A DNA stretch of 64,000 bases from Callorhinchus milii (GCF_018977255.1 NW_024704743.1:40116001-40180000); one strand, 5' to 3'. Shown: positions 1 through 12,295, counted from the first letter of the stretch. Program-made: numbers and translations. The notes: generated by a model from the sequence alone, not told the origin.

Positions 1-1231
1 AACCACATCGAGACATCTTCAAGACATGTTTGTATCAGATCCAAGTATTATTATATTAGTATTATCATTATAAGAAAAAAAGCTTTGGATTTATGACACA
101 CAGCTTGATAAAAAGGCAAATTTGGGATCATCTACACTCAACCTGAGACAATTTATTTGTATGGTTGCCTTAATCTAAAATATGTGGTGGGACTTCACAG
201 GAACAAAGAAAAATAAACATTTTAAACTTATTTTTGAAGAATAAACAGTCTCATTTAGATAGATTTATATAGACTATATCATTGGCAAATTAGGAGAATA
301 AATTAAAATGAAACTAATGAGAACAGATTAAGAGAAGACATGAGGTTTAGCAAATCGATCAGATCTTTAAAAAATGGGACACCCAGGGAGGTTTCAATTT
401 TCCCTGTATCTAACACAGACTTAGGGTTAAGCCACCATCAGTTCTGATATGCAATTTGTAGCTGTTTAGTTACACCGTGGTCACTTTTCAGATGGTATTG
501 ATCAATTGATCAGAATAAATCAGAATCAGTTTACTTATTCAGTTCGCTGATTAATGTTCCCCGCTCATTGCAATAGATCATCCAATGTCATAGAGCAAAT
601 ATGTTAACATTAGGATTGAAGGTAAGATAGATGGGTCTGTCTTTAATCATTACTACAGTTATGAATGTGGAAATCCAAAGAACTCTCTTTAGAACCATAA
701 AGAAAGAGGAAAGAGAGACTAGAGATTAAGACCCATGCCCGTTAATCTAGTGCACACTTTACCTATGATTGTTATGGGAATGTGATCTTTTTCTATGCGA
801 TGAGAGAGTTAGTCAAAATATTGCATTATCAAGGAAAAACAAGTCTTCAGCTACTGCTACAAGCAGAAACATCCCAAGGGCCATTGACTATTCTCATAGC
901 TAATCAAAAAGACATAAGTTACAATTTCACAGCTGTCTGCATTTCTTTACACTTTTTACTCTTTTGTTCATACAGTCAGCTAACACATCTGCAGTACTCT
1001 GTGCACTTTACATTTCTACTGGAATGTGCTGCCAGCAGTTTCCACTTAGGTTGCGAAATTAAGACAATAACTCTTTCTCTTACCATTTCACTTGACAAGT
1101 CTGTTCTCTTTACCATTAAAAACAGACTAAATTCACTTGCTCCTATATTATCATATAATATTTCTCCAGCTAGCCATCTCGTTTTTCTTGTAAATGGTAC
1201 CGACTGAAGAAGTTATCAAGTTAATAAAGCA

Positions 1232-1295
1232 AAACAACTAAATAACAGTTATTAAGTACATGTAAACAACTAAATAACAGTTATTAAGTACATGT
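1232..1295. repeat. Exact tandem duplication, 2 x 32 bp
   Basis: AAACAACTAAATAACAGTTATTAAGTACATGT occurs at 1232-1263 and 1264-1295. Confidence 0.95.
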
Positions 1296-1412
1296 GTGTC
1301 TTTGCCCTGAAACCAGGAAAAAAAAACTTCAGGATTATGCACCTTCATCATAACGAGAGATTTGTTTTTGGTGTTATTTTTCTTCTTGTGGCCCAATACA
1401 AAGATGTAAAAT

Positions 1413-1750
1413 TCATAGAAATGACAGCACGTAAGGAGGCCATTTAAACTGCAAAGTTTAAGATGTTGCTGGCTCTTCCATTGGACATACCTACTCTAAT
1501 CCCAATTCTCTGCATGACAGTTTCCCTCCCCCCTTCAAATATTTATCCAATTTCCTTTTAAGTTTTATAGCCTTAAATTTAATTATGGCAAAATGTTCCG
1601 TGTTGTAATAATCTGTGGTGTGAAAGATTTCTTCTAAACTCCTCAATTTAATAGAAATGTAGTGACAATCTTGATTTTATGATTCATTATTTTATGGTTT
1701 CACTTGCCAGAAGGAATTATCATTCATTATTTACACTTGCAGAACCTTCC
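1413..1750 (-). mobile_element. Degraded CR1 LINE 3' end
   Basis: CATAGAAATGACAGCACGTAAGGAGGCCATT followed by CCCTTCAAATATTTATCCAATTTCCTTTT, the reverse complement of a typical chondrichthyan CR1 3' UTR/ORF2 end. Confidence 0.6.
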
Positions 1751-2550
1751 ATTTTCAGTCCAATTTGCTTAAATTTCAATTTGTGCCACATAAATGTGAT
1801 CTAAATTCATTATAATGCAGTGCCCCATTTTTGTACACTATATGTTCATCCTAAACCAAGGCAAGGCGGTCAGTTTCAGTTAGTCAGATGAGCAAACTAA
1901 GAAGCATCGAGTGGGACTGGAAATATGCTGCGTGCCCAAACATGATTTAAATGCATTTGCTTTTAGATCCATATAAAACTCCAGACAGGCTGCAGGAGAG
2001 AGATTATTAGTTTACATCTTATTGGCAGCATACCTTAATGGAAAATTATGTTTTGCAAAAATCTAGTTTTTCAATTTGAACTGTAAATAAAGAATTACAG
2101 TATTGACTTCCATTATATGACTTAATCGCACAAATCCCTTTCCTCACTGGACATCTTATAGCAAAGCAAATACTTACAGGTCCCTCCACAGTAAAATATT
2201 GCCCTCCCCTTCCTGAATTCCTCGCTCAGCTGCTACCTTTTCCTCTCGATGTTTGAAGCTACTTCCAGTAATTGGAAAAATCTGTGGCAGTCAGGAGAAT
2301 CTTCTCTTCAGCTCACTGCAAAATTGCCAAGCTATTGAACTGAGGGCGGCATTAGAACACAGCTCAAATCTATAAGAGTACAACCACTGAAGGACAGATG
2401 ACAAATTCCTGTTCTAATTCTGGTAATTCCTCTCTAATCCTTTCTTGATCACCTTAGCGAAATAAATCCTATGCAAGGATAACCTGTTATAAACGATTTT
2501 CCTGAATAAAATGCCATTTGTGTTCAATGGCACATGTAGATTTGCATTGG

Positions 2551-2600
2551 AAAGTGAGAGTGAGAGAGAGAGAAAGAGAGAGAGAAAGAAATAAAATGAG
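2551..2600. repeat. (GA)n-like purine-rich simple repeat
   Basis: AAAGTGAGAGTGAGAGAGAGAGAAAGAGAGAGAGAAAGAAA. Confidence 0.85.
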
Positions 2601-3396
2601 AATTAGAATTCTAAAAAAGATAATTGGTTGCACAGTCTGCAAGGAAAGCAGCAACAGAAAAAATAAATAACAGTGATAACATATGGTGTTAAAAGAAACT
2701 CGAGTCACAGGTTAATACAAAGTCTGCAGTTAACATGAAAGATAACTGACTCAACTATAATTTTGCATCTTTAATGATTCTCATAAAAGGTATTCTTCAT
2801 GAAGATTTATTCCATTTAGGAAGTTTGCTTGATTAAGATTTTTCAAAGGCTGTATCTTTATTCCCCCATGTCCACCTACAGTGCAGCTGACTCCACAGTT
2901 AAATACATGAACCTATTCGCACAGAACTGTACATTCAAGAATTTCAGATGGAGACATAAATCTGCTTGCTATAGCAAATTATTTTGTTTATACTGTATGT
3001 ACACCTGTATCATGCTTGGCGTCCCTGCCCAGTTAGGAACAAGATGTTCGTGTTTGTAATTTTGAGTTTGATTTGGGGCACTATTATTGTGGAATAACTG
3101 GTGTGGGATCACTGCAGTTCCAGAAGCAAAGCAGCCTTCAATAATTTACAGTATCTGAATAAACGTGGGTGTTGGGTCATCTTATAATAGTACAATTTGT
3201 GCTTCATTACATTTTACTTCTAACTTGCTCTATTTTGGGTGCCTAAGAATGTTTCAGTTGAATTTAGTTTTTTTTGTCTTTTCTGCAGAATTTCATTGTG
3301 ATTGTGGACACAATTTTATGTTCCCTTCAGTGGCTCTTCCAATAGTGCTCCACCTTATTCATCAGTTTTCCATGCAGGTTGCGGTTGTTTTTGTCT

Positions 3397-3806
3397 GTGT
3401 CAGCCTGGCTCAGCGGTCGCACTCTCACCTCTGAGTCAGAAGGCTGTGGGTTTAAAAGTCCCACGTTGGGACTTGGAACAGTATAGTCTAAGCTGATACT
3501 TGAATGCAGCACTGGGTGTGTTTTGCATTGATGAAGATGCTGTCCTTCAGATGTTAAACCAAGGTCCATCTTCCTGTTAAAGATCTCATACCACTAATCG
3601 AAAAGAGAAGGGAGTTCTTCCAGTGTACTGCCCAACAAGTTCCCCAAATAAAATTGGTCACTCATTCCATGGCTGCTTGTGGGCCATTGGCTGCCATATT
3701 TTGCCCACAAAATACACAGTTACTTTACAGTATATTCTGCAATGTGCTTTGAGACGTCTCGAAGACATGATGAAGCGCTGTATCAAATGCAAGTATTACT
3801 ATTATT
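3397..3806 (+). mobile_element. tRNA-head Deu-domain SINE (SacSINE1-like), full length
   Basis: A-box-like TGGCTCAGCGG head; Deu-like GCTGTCCTTCAGATG..TTAAACCAAGGTCC; L2-type tail GCTTTGAGACGTCTCG...TATCAAATGCAAG plus (TTA)n; homologous to about 10 other copies in the window. Confidence 0.85.
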
Positions 3807-4020
3807 GCTGTGTCCAATTGGCTGCCATGTTTTCACCCACAGAATACACAATCAAGCCACTTTGCAGTATATCCTGTGAAGCAATTTGGGATGAATTGAC
3901 AACAACAACAGCAAAATTACATTTGTGTAGCACCTTTCATGTCGGGAGGACGTCCCAAGGCGCTGGACAATTTGACAATGTGATAAAGTGTTACATTAAA
4001 TGGAACTGCAAGGATCATTA
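3807..4020 (+). mobile_element. SINE 3' fragment interrupted by an antisense L2 3' tail (about 3900-3970)
   Basis: SINE tail GTGAAGCAATTTGGGATG...ATGTGATAAAGTG is split by (CAA)n-AAAATTACATTTGTGTAGCACCTTTCATGTCGGGAGGACGTCCCAAGGCGCTGGACA. Confidence 0.8.
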
Positions 4021-4159
4021 TGTTTTTGCTGGTCTAGTTAATATGCAACATTCTTTTCAGAAGGATTTTTTTTTCTACGTTGATGAGATTGGGGGTGAAA
4101 AAACATTCTTTGGGAACAGTGGTAGAGATACTCAGAAAAGCAGCTAATGACATAAAATG

Positions 4160-4358
4160 TTGGAACTCCCTACCTCAATCCCTCCACCTTGCACCTTTTT
4201 TGCTCATCTACAGGTAGCATGTGAAGACCTTCCTCTTTGACTGTGCCTACGGTCACTACCCCTTTCTCCCTAGCTCGGTGTCAAGCTCTGCAATTGTTGA
4301 GTGCTCTGAGATGCTAACCCATGTGAATGGCGCTATAGAAATGCTAGTTTCTGTTGTT
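4160..4358 (+). mobile_element. L2 LINE 3' fragment (family B type)
   Basis: TGGAACTCCCTACCTCAATCCCTCC...AAGACCTTCCTCTTTGAC...GCTATAGAAATGCTAGTTTCTGTTGTT; matches 45180-45380. Confidence 0.75.
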
Positions 4359-6769
4359 CCTTTTCAAGCAGGGAAACCCATATACACCACACCACACCTC
4401 AGCTATGAGGCAATATTATATTAGAGCCAAGATCTCACAACTTGGTGTAATGTCCTGAAGATCCAGGTTACAATATTGTGAGATGCATTATCCAATGGCA
4501 GGGCATCAGTAACACTACTACTTTCCTGAGGAATGTTACTTGAACTTGAGGTTACCAATTTTCAAAACAGTATTGATGCTGTGTCTCTGTAAATCAAACC
4601 CCTGATGCTCCAGCTAACATTTTGACTGAAGTGAGTTCTCCATTGTCTGGCAATCTAGACAATCTGAATGTATTAATGATATGATGTACGAATGACCCAT
4701 TGGTAAAGGGGGGGAGGAGGGGGAAATAAAGAAACTTGGGAGTCAAGAGAAAGGAGAAACCCTAAAAAGGGGCCAAATAAATATTATCTAAATTTACATA
4801 GAGTGTTTACCATGGAAACAAGTCATTCAGCCCAGGTAGTCTATGCCAGTGTTTATTCTCCACACAAGTCTCCATTCACTCCTTTGCTCCTTCCTATACC
4901 CTCTATTCGCTTCTCACACACGTTTGCATTTGTTTTGTCCCATTAATCAACATGTGGAAAGGGGACAATTAAAAGTCATCCACTTTAATCTTAAAAGACC
5001 CAACAGATTCACATAGATGCAAGTGGGTGCACATAGTGGAACACTGAGGTCTTTTATATGGTTCACAGAGCTTCCATTTGTATTGGTGTCACTTAGAAAA
5101 ATTGCTTAGTCTCAGCATACATTGTGTTACTGCCACAACATTAAGCAGATTGGCTTAATCAGCCTTAACCCTTTTAGCCTCAGAAGAGCACTCTGTGTTT
5201 CACCAGTGTGGCTCTTTCATGTCTCACAGCAACCATTTCAGTGGCTTCTCTGAGTGAGACTACTCAATTAGCTCCAATTAGTGCAGAATTACAAGCAGAT
5301 TTATACATTTACATCCTCTGGGAACTGGATTGAAAATGATAACATGTATTTCACCTGGGATGTATAACTGCCATCTAAAAGAAAATGCAGTACGAGTCTG
5401 TCTAATGCTGGATTTGCATATCCAAGAGATGAAAGTACAATTTTCTGAAAGACTGCACAATCTATCTCTCCCCTCACTTTCCCCAGCCGCTCAGAAAATA
5501 AACTACAGAGCAAATATGAATTTCTTTGAAACATTGTGCACTGTAGTAGTTAATCCTCTACTTTAAACTATTCATTTCTAGGTGCAGGTAAAAATATTGG
5601 TGAATAAAAAGTAATTTATTAGAGGCTAAGGAGAACTGATTGACGCAGACTTATTCAAGCATGACTTTTCACATTTCAAGGCAAATGTTGTTCTTGAACA
5701 TCTGCTTCCATTTCCAATCTATATTTCAGTTGACTCCGTACACTGATCAACAGCTTCCATAAGACCTTCTGTCTTGATACTTTAACATTGGTTTTCACAT
5801 AGGTCTCCTGGTTCACCAAATGTCAGCATTACATAAACTTCAACAGAGTGTGAAAACAAAGCACCTAATCTTTTTTGCATATGCGAGGTGTCTTCATTTA
5901 ACTGCTGTAATGTTTCTGCAGCAAACTTTTAAAAAGGATTATGAATTAAGCTCGAGAGGATATTGTAAAATTTTCGGCCTAATGTTATTGGTCAGTGTTA
6001 CAGCAAATCTGATTGGAAACAAAGGAGCGAAGTAGAACAGGGTAAACAGAAACCTTGGAGTTCTAGTAAGAGATATGTCTTTTATATCGTAGTGATTTAA
6101 ATGCAATATTCTATAAACATGACAATTGTAAAAACTGGACATTTTTAATTGTAGCTTAGAGGGAAACATTGTGTTCTAAACTATTCTCCTTGAGCTTCCT
6201 CCTCAACCTCACCCCCTCACCAGCTGACAGCTGGGGTGTCAGCTCCAGAATGAGATCTCCCTCATTATAATCCCACATCACCAAAGGTCCTACACAAAAT
6301 GCAAACTAGAATTTTAGTCTAAGGGAGAATCTTGAGGGTGATTTATTGATTTATTGATAAATTTACCAGACTCAGTGAAGTGAGCCCATTATTGCCGCAG
6401 AAGTGACGATCACCATTTAAAGATAAACTTCTTACTGCACTATCCGTTATATTTCACAAGAATCATGAACATACGACCATTGTATCTGGTCCAGATACTT
6501 CTGTTTCCCTTTCTTTTTCTCCAATGGGTTGCCATGTGAAGAAGAAACCATGAAATAAATCCATTCTATTAATTTTACTGCAATACTAAGCTCATTTTAT
6601 TAAATATTTTTGAGAAATGCAGAAACAAATCTTAATAACTTTAGTATTGAAAAGTTAAAACCATGAACATTTAAAACCATGAAAAGTTCAACCATGCTTT
6701 TGAAGCTTTCCATGGCTTAGCGGATAAAGCCATTCACTTAATAAGTATTATTAATCCTTACATTTAGCA

Positions 6770-7041
6770 CAGTTGGCTCCGGCCTCTTTGCTTGTCCCTC
6801 ATCCTCTTCACTCCACTATCTGCAGTGATGCTTTCAGCTACTACGCTCCAAAACTTTGGAACTCTCTCCCTCAATCCCTCTGTCTTGTCCCCTTCTTTCC
6901 CTTTTCAGTTAGTGCCTTGAGACCTTCCTCTTCAACCATGCTTACAGGCACCTCCTCTCTCCTCCCAGCATCAAACTCTGCCTCTGTCAAGACAGTACTC
7001 CAGGTTAAGGGCACTATATAAATGCAAGTTGTTGTTGTTGA
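6770..7041 (+). mobile_element. L2 LINE 3' fragment (family B type)
   Basis: Encodes AFSYYAPKLWNSLPQSL (L2 ORF2 C-terminus); ends GCACTATATAAATGCAAG(TTG)n. Confidence 0.85.
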
Positions 7042-7330
7042 TGCAATGATACCTGAACACTAGATTCGACCTGGCTGCCATTTTAAGCTGTGACCATCTT
7101 CATTTATGAGTTTTCTCAACCTTATAAATTTTAATCCACACTTTGCAATGAACAAGTGAGTAATTTCCAAATAACAAGGTATTGATTCAACACCCATCCT
7201 GCATCCCTTCAAAAACACACACAAACAAAATTGAGAATTATTGTATTGCTGTCTTTTAAAGTTTTTCTTAAGATTTTTTCTACATATAAAAATACAGTTT
7301 TATGTCTTTATGGTAATATTTGTTTTAGAA

Positions 7331-7393
7331 AACAACAACAAGATTACATTTGTGTAGCACCTTTCACATCAGAAGGATGTCCCAAGGCACTGA
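7331..7393 (-). mobile_element. Isolated L2 3' tail (about 60 bp)
   Basis: AACAACAACAAGATTACATTTGTGTAGCACCTTTCACATCAGAAGGATGTCCCAAGGCACTG. Confidence 0.8.
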
Positions 7394-7639
7394 AAATATT
7401 TTAAGTATTGCAAAGCAATGGAACAAAAATTAGGATAAATGAGAGGATGAGATTCTAGATCCAAGCCTACTGTTTCTTCACTGATATATTTGAAGGCAGC
7501 TCAATATTGAATCATGTTATAGTCAGTAACCAGAGGACTACGATAATCACAATAATTAATAAGGAGATTAGCCAAAAAACAAATTATGCAAGAGTTTTGG
7601 AAATGTGGAATTCTTTGTCGCACATCAATATTATAAGTT

Positions 7640-7950
7640 ACATATACTTAGTTCCTTTTATGTCTGAAGGATGTATCAAAGAGCTTCACACAGGTCACCA
7701 GGAGCCTGGGTTGGGAGAAGGTGTCCTAAAGCACGGTCAGAAACATGGGTCTTAACGCAGGTCTTGAAGGTGGGAAGGAAAAGGGTGAAGTGAGGGGGGA
7801 GGCAAATTCCTGCATGGAGATGGGAAGGAATAGCTGAAAGCTCAGATCAGGTAGGGACCATGAAGTAGATTGGTGTTTGCTGAGCTATGGGAGCATTTGA
7901 GCAACAGTGCAGAGGTAGGGTGGAGCAAGCGCATGGAGCGATTTGAAAGT
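7640..7950 (-). mobile_element. Degraded L2 3' fragment
   Basis: AAGCACGGTCAGAAACATGGGTCTTAACGCAGGTCTTGAAGG and GCAAGCGCATGGAGCGATTTGAAAG match the reverse complement of the L2 3' region. Confidence 0.6.
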
Positions 7951-7964
7951 ATAATTTTTAAAAA

Positions 7965-8130
7965 GATTTGAAAGAAATTAGATATTTGAAAAGAAGAATA
8001 TTAAAGGGTATTGGGAGCAAAGAGGAGGCTGAAATTAGATCGGGTGGCTCTTGTGGAGAAAATCACCAGCACAGACTTGTTGGATCGAAATGGTTTGTTT
8101 CTGTGCTGCCATAATCGATGATTCTATGAA
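7965..8130 (+). mobile_element. CR1 3' end fragment
   Basis: TTAGATATTTGAAAAGAAGAATATTAAAGGGTATTGGG...CAGCACAGACTTGTTGGATCGAAATGG..TTTCTGTGCTG..ATTCTATG. Confidence 0.7.
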
Positions 8131-8882
8131 GAGAATGCTTCTTACTCTTGTTCTTTAACAGAGATTTTTTTTACCCACAAAGCAATTGCATAAAAATACC
8201 AAGATGATTTGTGCCATGCCAAAAATGTATGTACGTACTGAGATTTTTGCTACCATTAAATCTGAGGAACCAGATGTATTGAGTTTACTCAAGATGGTAA
8301 AGTCAATAAAAGCTTCTCTGAATATTTCTATTGAACTCTAGAAAGATTCCAAAGTGTTGTCGTGCTTAAAGCTATTTAAGAAGACAAGTGTCTTCTGTTC
8401 TCCTAGGGTTTGCATTATACTTCCGTATGTTCATCTCAGACATGCTCAAAGTCTCAGTTGCAAGTCACACATTGACTGTGTGAAGAGCTGAAACACAAGC
8501 TTCTGGCTTTATACCAGCATCATCTCCGGTGTGCACTCAGAATGTACTTTGTTATTACTTTGTCATCAGGGAAGTATGCAGTAACACTAGTCGTGAAGTT
8601 TTATGCTGGGTTTATACAGCAGTTTTTACTTAGATTGACCAAGGTAACCTGCCCCAGGATAAATTGGGATTGAGCTGCATGATCTAAGAGTATTGAAAAT
8701 GCTGTAGGACTTGGTTTGCACTGCAACACTCCAGGTGACTAGGGGCAAGGATTCTTCCCACTCCACTCCTGCTAATGCTGCAAGTCAAAGCTCACATGGG
8801 TAGAGTGGTCCTAACTGGACCGAAGCAGTGAGAAGTTTGGCAGAGAGTGCTGTCAATGGCAATGTAGTCAGCTTTAGAGTAT

Positions 8883-9209
8883 TAATAATAATAATAATAA
8901 TCCTTGCATTTGATATAGCGCTTTTCACGTCAGGAGGACGTCCCAAAGCGCTTCACAGAACACACTGTAAAGTGAATTGACTGTACATTTGTGGGCGAAC
9001 GCGGCAGCCAATTGGGCACAGCAATGTCCCACAAACAGTCGTAGATTGAAAATGACCAATTTTTTATTATTGTTTTGGTTTTGGAGGGATTATTATTAGG
9101 CGTGTGGAGTAAGGAAACTTGCCCAAGGTTTCGCCCTGACCTGCCTGGAATTGAACTCAGGTCTCTCGCTTGCAAGGCGAGTGCTCTAACCACTGAGCTA
9201 CAGGACTCC
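8883..9209 (-). mobile_element. Young tRNA-Ala-derived SINE (CmiSINE/SINE2-like, short form), full length
   Basis: Minus-strand head GGAGTCCTGTAGCTCAGTGGTTAGAGCACTCGCCTTGCAAGCGAGAGACCTGAGTTCAATTCC (A/B boxes, TGC anticodon); L2-like tail and (TTA)n; near-identical to 62949-63265. Confidence 0.92.
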
Positions 9210-9689
9210 AGCAGTAGCCCCAATGCATCAAATCTTGTCTCTTGTCAACCTGTGCCTAATACTCTCCAGAATTATGTAAGAAGAGTGCATCTCTCTGGGG
9301 AGAGAGTGTCCATTCCAATACATAAAATTTCCACATATAGGTGGGATGCATGGAACTTTCAGTGTGGTTTAGATGCTTTTAAGCGTGGTGATGGGTTTCT
9401 GAAGATGTCAGACACCCAGATAAACCCTATCATTCTAAACTAGTACCTTAAAGTTTATTGTGTGGTCCACTAGAGCAGTAGAATATTAAGGGATCTTTCC
9501 TAATGTTAAAGAACCATTTCTTCAATAACAGGATAAAAACTAATGTTTAAGCCAAATGTAGAAGAAATAATTGTAGCAGCAAAATCAAGAACACTGGGCT
9601 GCTGGCAGATTACTAACACTGTGTGGTCATCGGTTTGGTGAGAACCTGACTATGTTGGTGTAAACTCCACATCAGAACTGTGAACATAG

Positions 9690-9962
9690 TCTAGGCATTG
9701 TTGGAGGTGCTATCCTTCAGATGAGATATTAAATCAACATCCCATCTGCCTGTTCAGGTGGGTTATTCCCAGTGTCCTGGCCAACAATCGTGAAGAGAAT
9801 AAAACTGGTCACTCAATTCATGGCTCTTTTGTGTACAAAATGACTGCTGTGTTTGCCTACCAGAATACATAATCACAACATTTATAATATATCCTGTGAA
9901 TTAGGTTGAGACATATTCACCATGTGAAAAACACTATACTAAATGCAAGAATTATTTTTATT
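9690..9962 (+). mobile_element. Deu-domain SINE, 5'-truncated
   Basis: GGAGGTGCTATCCTTCAGATGAGATATTAAATC...CTGCCTGTTCAGGTGG...tail AAATGCAAGAATTATT. Confidence 0.75.
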
Positions 9963-10539
9963 ATGCGCACAGTAATGCTAAAAAAGTACAATGTAATTTT
10001 AAAGTAATAAAGCTTCTCAAACATCAGTCTAGCTTTATGACTGTAATATTAACCCAAATGTACCAAAATCAATACAAAGGACAATTTTAAATAAAAGCAC
10101 AACTTGTGTTTCGCAGAATATTTACAGCACAAAAGAGGGCCATTGATTCTATGCAGCATGTGCTAGCTCTTTCATCAACTTTATGTCCTGCACTTAACAT
10201 AACTATAAAGGAGTAAGAAATAATAAAAATGAAACCACTGTACTTTATGCAGCTTCTTTGTTACATACTGTATACCTCATCAAGTACTGCATACATCAGG
10301 GCAGTAAGTATCCTTGAAAAGATTTTCCTGGTGTCCTGACCAACAATGTTCCAGATTGGTCATTTACTTCACAGATTTTTGGGGGATATTGCTGTGTGCA
10401 AATTGGCTGCTGTCTTCACCGACAAAACACACAGTCACTACATGCCACGCCAAATTCTGTTGAATTACTTTGAGGCATTTCAACAATGTGATAGGCACTC
10501 TTTCAAATGAATGGAATCTTAACTTTCTTTAAGCAGAAT

Positions 10540-10850
10540 AAAGATCACAAGATCAGAAGACTAGTTTGGATGAAGAAGGCCTTTTGGCCCATCCGGTCAC
10601 CTTCCTCCAGAACACGCGCTCACCGATCCCCCCATTACTGCATCAGGCTGCTTTTTAAATGAGTGCAGTGTCCTGGCCTCTACCACCTTTCCTCACAACC
10701 TGTTTGAATTGGTTGATGCCCTGTATGTAAAGAAAAACTTTCTGGTATCTGCCCTGAAATTGCACCCTTACAACTCTAAAGCTATATCTTCTTGTTCCAT
10801 TATCAAATTGCAGTCCAAAGCAACGGATCAACTGTGATCGACTTTGCACA
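10540..10850 (-). mobile_element. CR1 3' end fragment
   Basis: GATCACAAGATC..TTTGGATGAAGAAGGCCTTTTGGCCCATC; CCTCTACCACC..CCTGTTTG..; same family as 17920-18720. Confidence 0.7.
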
Positions 10851-10877
10851 CTGCAAAGTGCCAAACAAACTCATGAA

Positions 10878-11152
10878 GTGAATGACCAATTTTATTTGAG
10901 GGATTGTTCACCAGTGTACCAGGAGAAACTCTCTTCTCTTTTCGAATAATGCCATAAGATTTTTTTTAATGTCCACCTGAACAGGCAGAAGGTAACTCGG
11001 TTCAACATGTCCTCCAAAGGACATGATGTCTGACAGTGTAACACAGCCCCAGCACAGCACTGGATTATATGAGTCCAAGTTCTACAGTGGAGCTTAAACC
11101 CAGAATCTGCTTGCTCAGAAGCAAGACTGCTACCACTACGCAAGGCTGATAC
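10878..11152 (-). mobile_element. Deu-domain SINE 5' two-thirds, lying between two CR1 pieces
   Basis: CCAGGAGAAACTC..CTTTTCGAATAATGCCA..GTCCACCTGAACAGGCAGA..CTCAGAAGCAAGACTGCTACCACT..AGGCTGATAC. Confidence 0.75.
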
Positions 11153-11154
11153 TC

Positions 11155-11432
11155 ACAATCATACCCTATCAAGCTCTCTTTGTAGGCCCGTTGCTGGATC
11201 ACCTGATTCCATAGTTCCACCACTTGGTTTCTGATTTAACTATCTTACACTGAGTCTGCAAATCCAGGTCATTAATATATACGTGAAACAGGAGGGGCCC
11301 CAGCACAGACCGCTGCGGCACCTCGCTTAATACCTCTCCATATTTTTATCTGGCTCCCCAACAATACACTCTACCTCCTTCACTTTAGCCAATTCAGAAT
11401 CCACATCAATGTCTTGCCCTTGATACCCAGTG
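11155..11432 (-). mobile_element. CR1 RT fragment
   Basis: Minus strand GGTGCCGCAGCGGTCTGTGCTGGGGCCCCTCCTGTTTC reads VPQRSVLGPLLF (GVPQGS motif); GACCTGGATTTGCAGAC is a remnant of DL..FAD. Confidence 0.7.
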
Positions 11433-11556
11433 ACAAATTGTAAAAGAGGATATGAATATGACCTGAACGGCTCCAGAACCAAATTCTGTGTCTGAATCAC
11501 AGTTTACTGGACCTCTGTGCCTTCTATGAGATTTCCTACCATTTTACAAATTACGA

Positions 11557-11982
11557 GTGACAGCTAGTTGAGTTGGTGGTATTCTTGCCTCTGAGTCAAG
11601 AGGGGTCCAAGTTTCATGTCGGGTCTTTGAACTCCTATGGGTCTAAAATTATGCTCCAATGTTGTGCTGAAGGTTTGCTGCATTGCTGGAGTATCTTCCT
11701 TTGAATGAAAAATAAAACTGAGATCCTGCTTGCCTGTTCAGGTGAATGTTAAAGATCTACTAACCAAAAAGCGAAGGGAGTTTCTTCTTGTGTTGGCCAA
11801 CAAACTCCCCCCAAAATGGTAATTCACTTCATGGTTATCACTTGAACATTGCTGTGTGAAAATTGGCTGCTGTGTTCATCTAGACTATACACAGTCACAA
11901 CCCTCTAGAATATATTTTGTCAAGTGCTTTGAGATATCCTCCCAATGTGAAAAATCTGAAATCAAATACAAGATTTATTAAT
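11557..11982 (+). mobile_element. Deu-domain SINE (SacSINE1-like), full length, degraded
   Basis: CTTGCCTCTGAGTCA head, CCTGCTTGCCTGTTCAGGTGAATGTTAAAGATC body, TGCTTTGAGATATCCTCCCAATGTGAAA tail. Confidence 0.8.
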
Positions 11983-12117
11983 AGTAACCTGATGTGTGCA
12001 GTTCCAGATGTTTTATAATGCAATACAATGGCAGGAAAAAAATCAATGAAACACTAGAGACCTCCTCTCGTCCTCTCATATTGTCAACACCAACAAAGAG
12101 TGCGACTGCACCACAAT

Positions 12118-12295
12118 CACCAACCAACATATATTTGTAAAACGCCTTTCATGTCAGGAGGATGTCCTAAGGCGCTGAACAGTCAGGATCATCAGGACCC
12201 GAGCGGGTGGGGTTGGGTGTGGGTGTAGGATCAGGGAGGATGGAGGGCAGAGAGGGTAGGAGGATGGGTGCCTGAAGGCACATCAAAGAGGGTCT
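12118..12295 (-). mobile_element. L2 3' end fragment
   Basis: CGCCTTTCATGTCAGGAGGATGTCCTAAGGCGCTGAACAGTCAG plus G-rich 3' UTR complement. Confidence 0.8.

Noticed and set aside
782..1207. 141-aa ORF
   Set aside because: Starts at GTG, low-information AT-rich translation, no motif
3289..3377. Exon after the strong acceptor TTTTTTTTGTCTTTTCTGCAG
   Set aside because: Two frames are closed, the open frame (EFHCDCGHNFMFP...) is unrecognisable, and the donor GTTGCG is weak
8408..8425. 18-nt microexon GGTTTGCATTATACTTCC
   Set aside because: Short AG-free zone and poor exonic donor context (TCC|GT); within chance expectation
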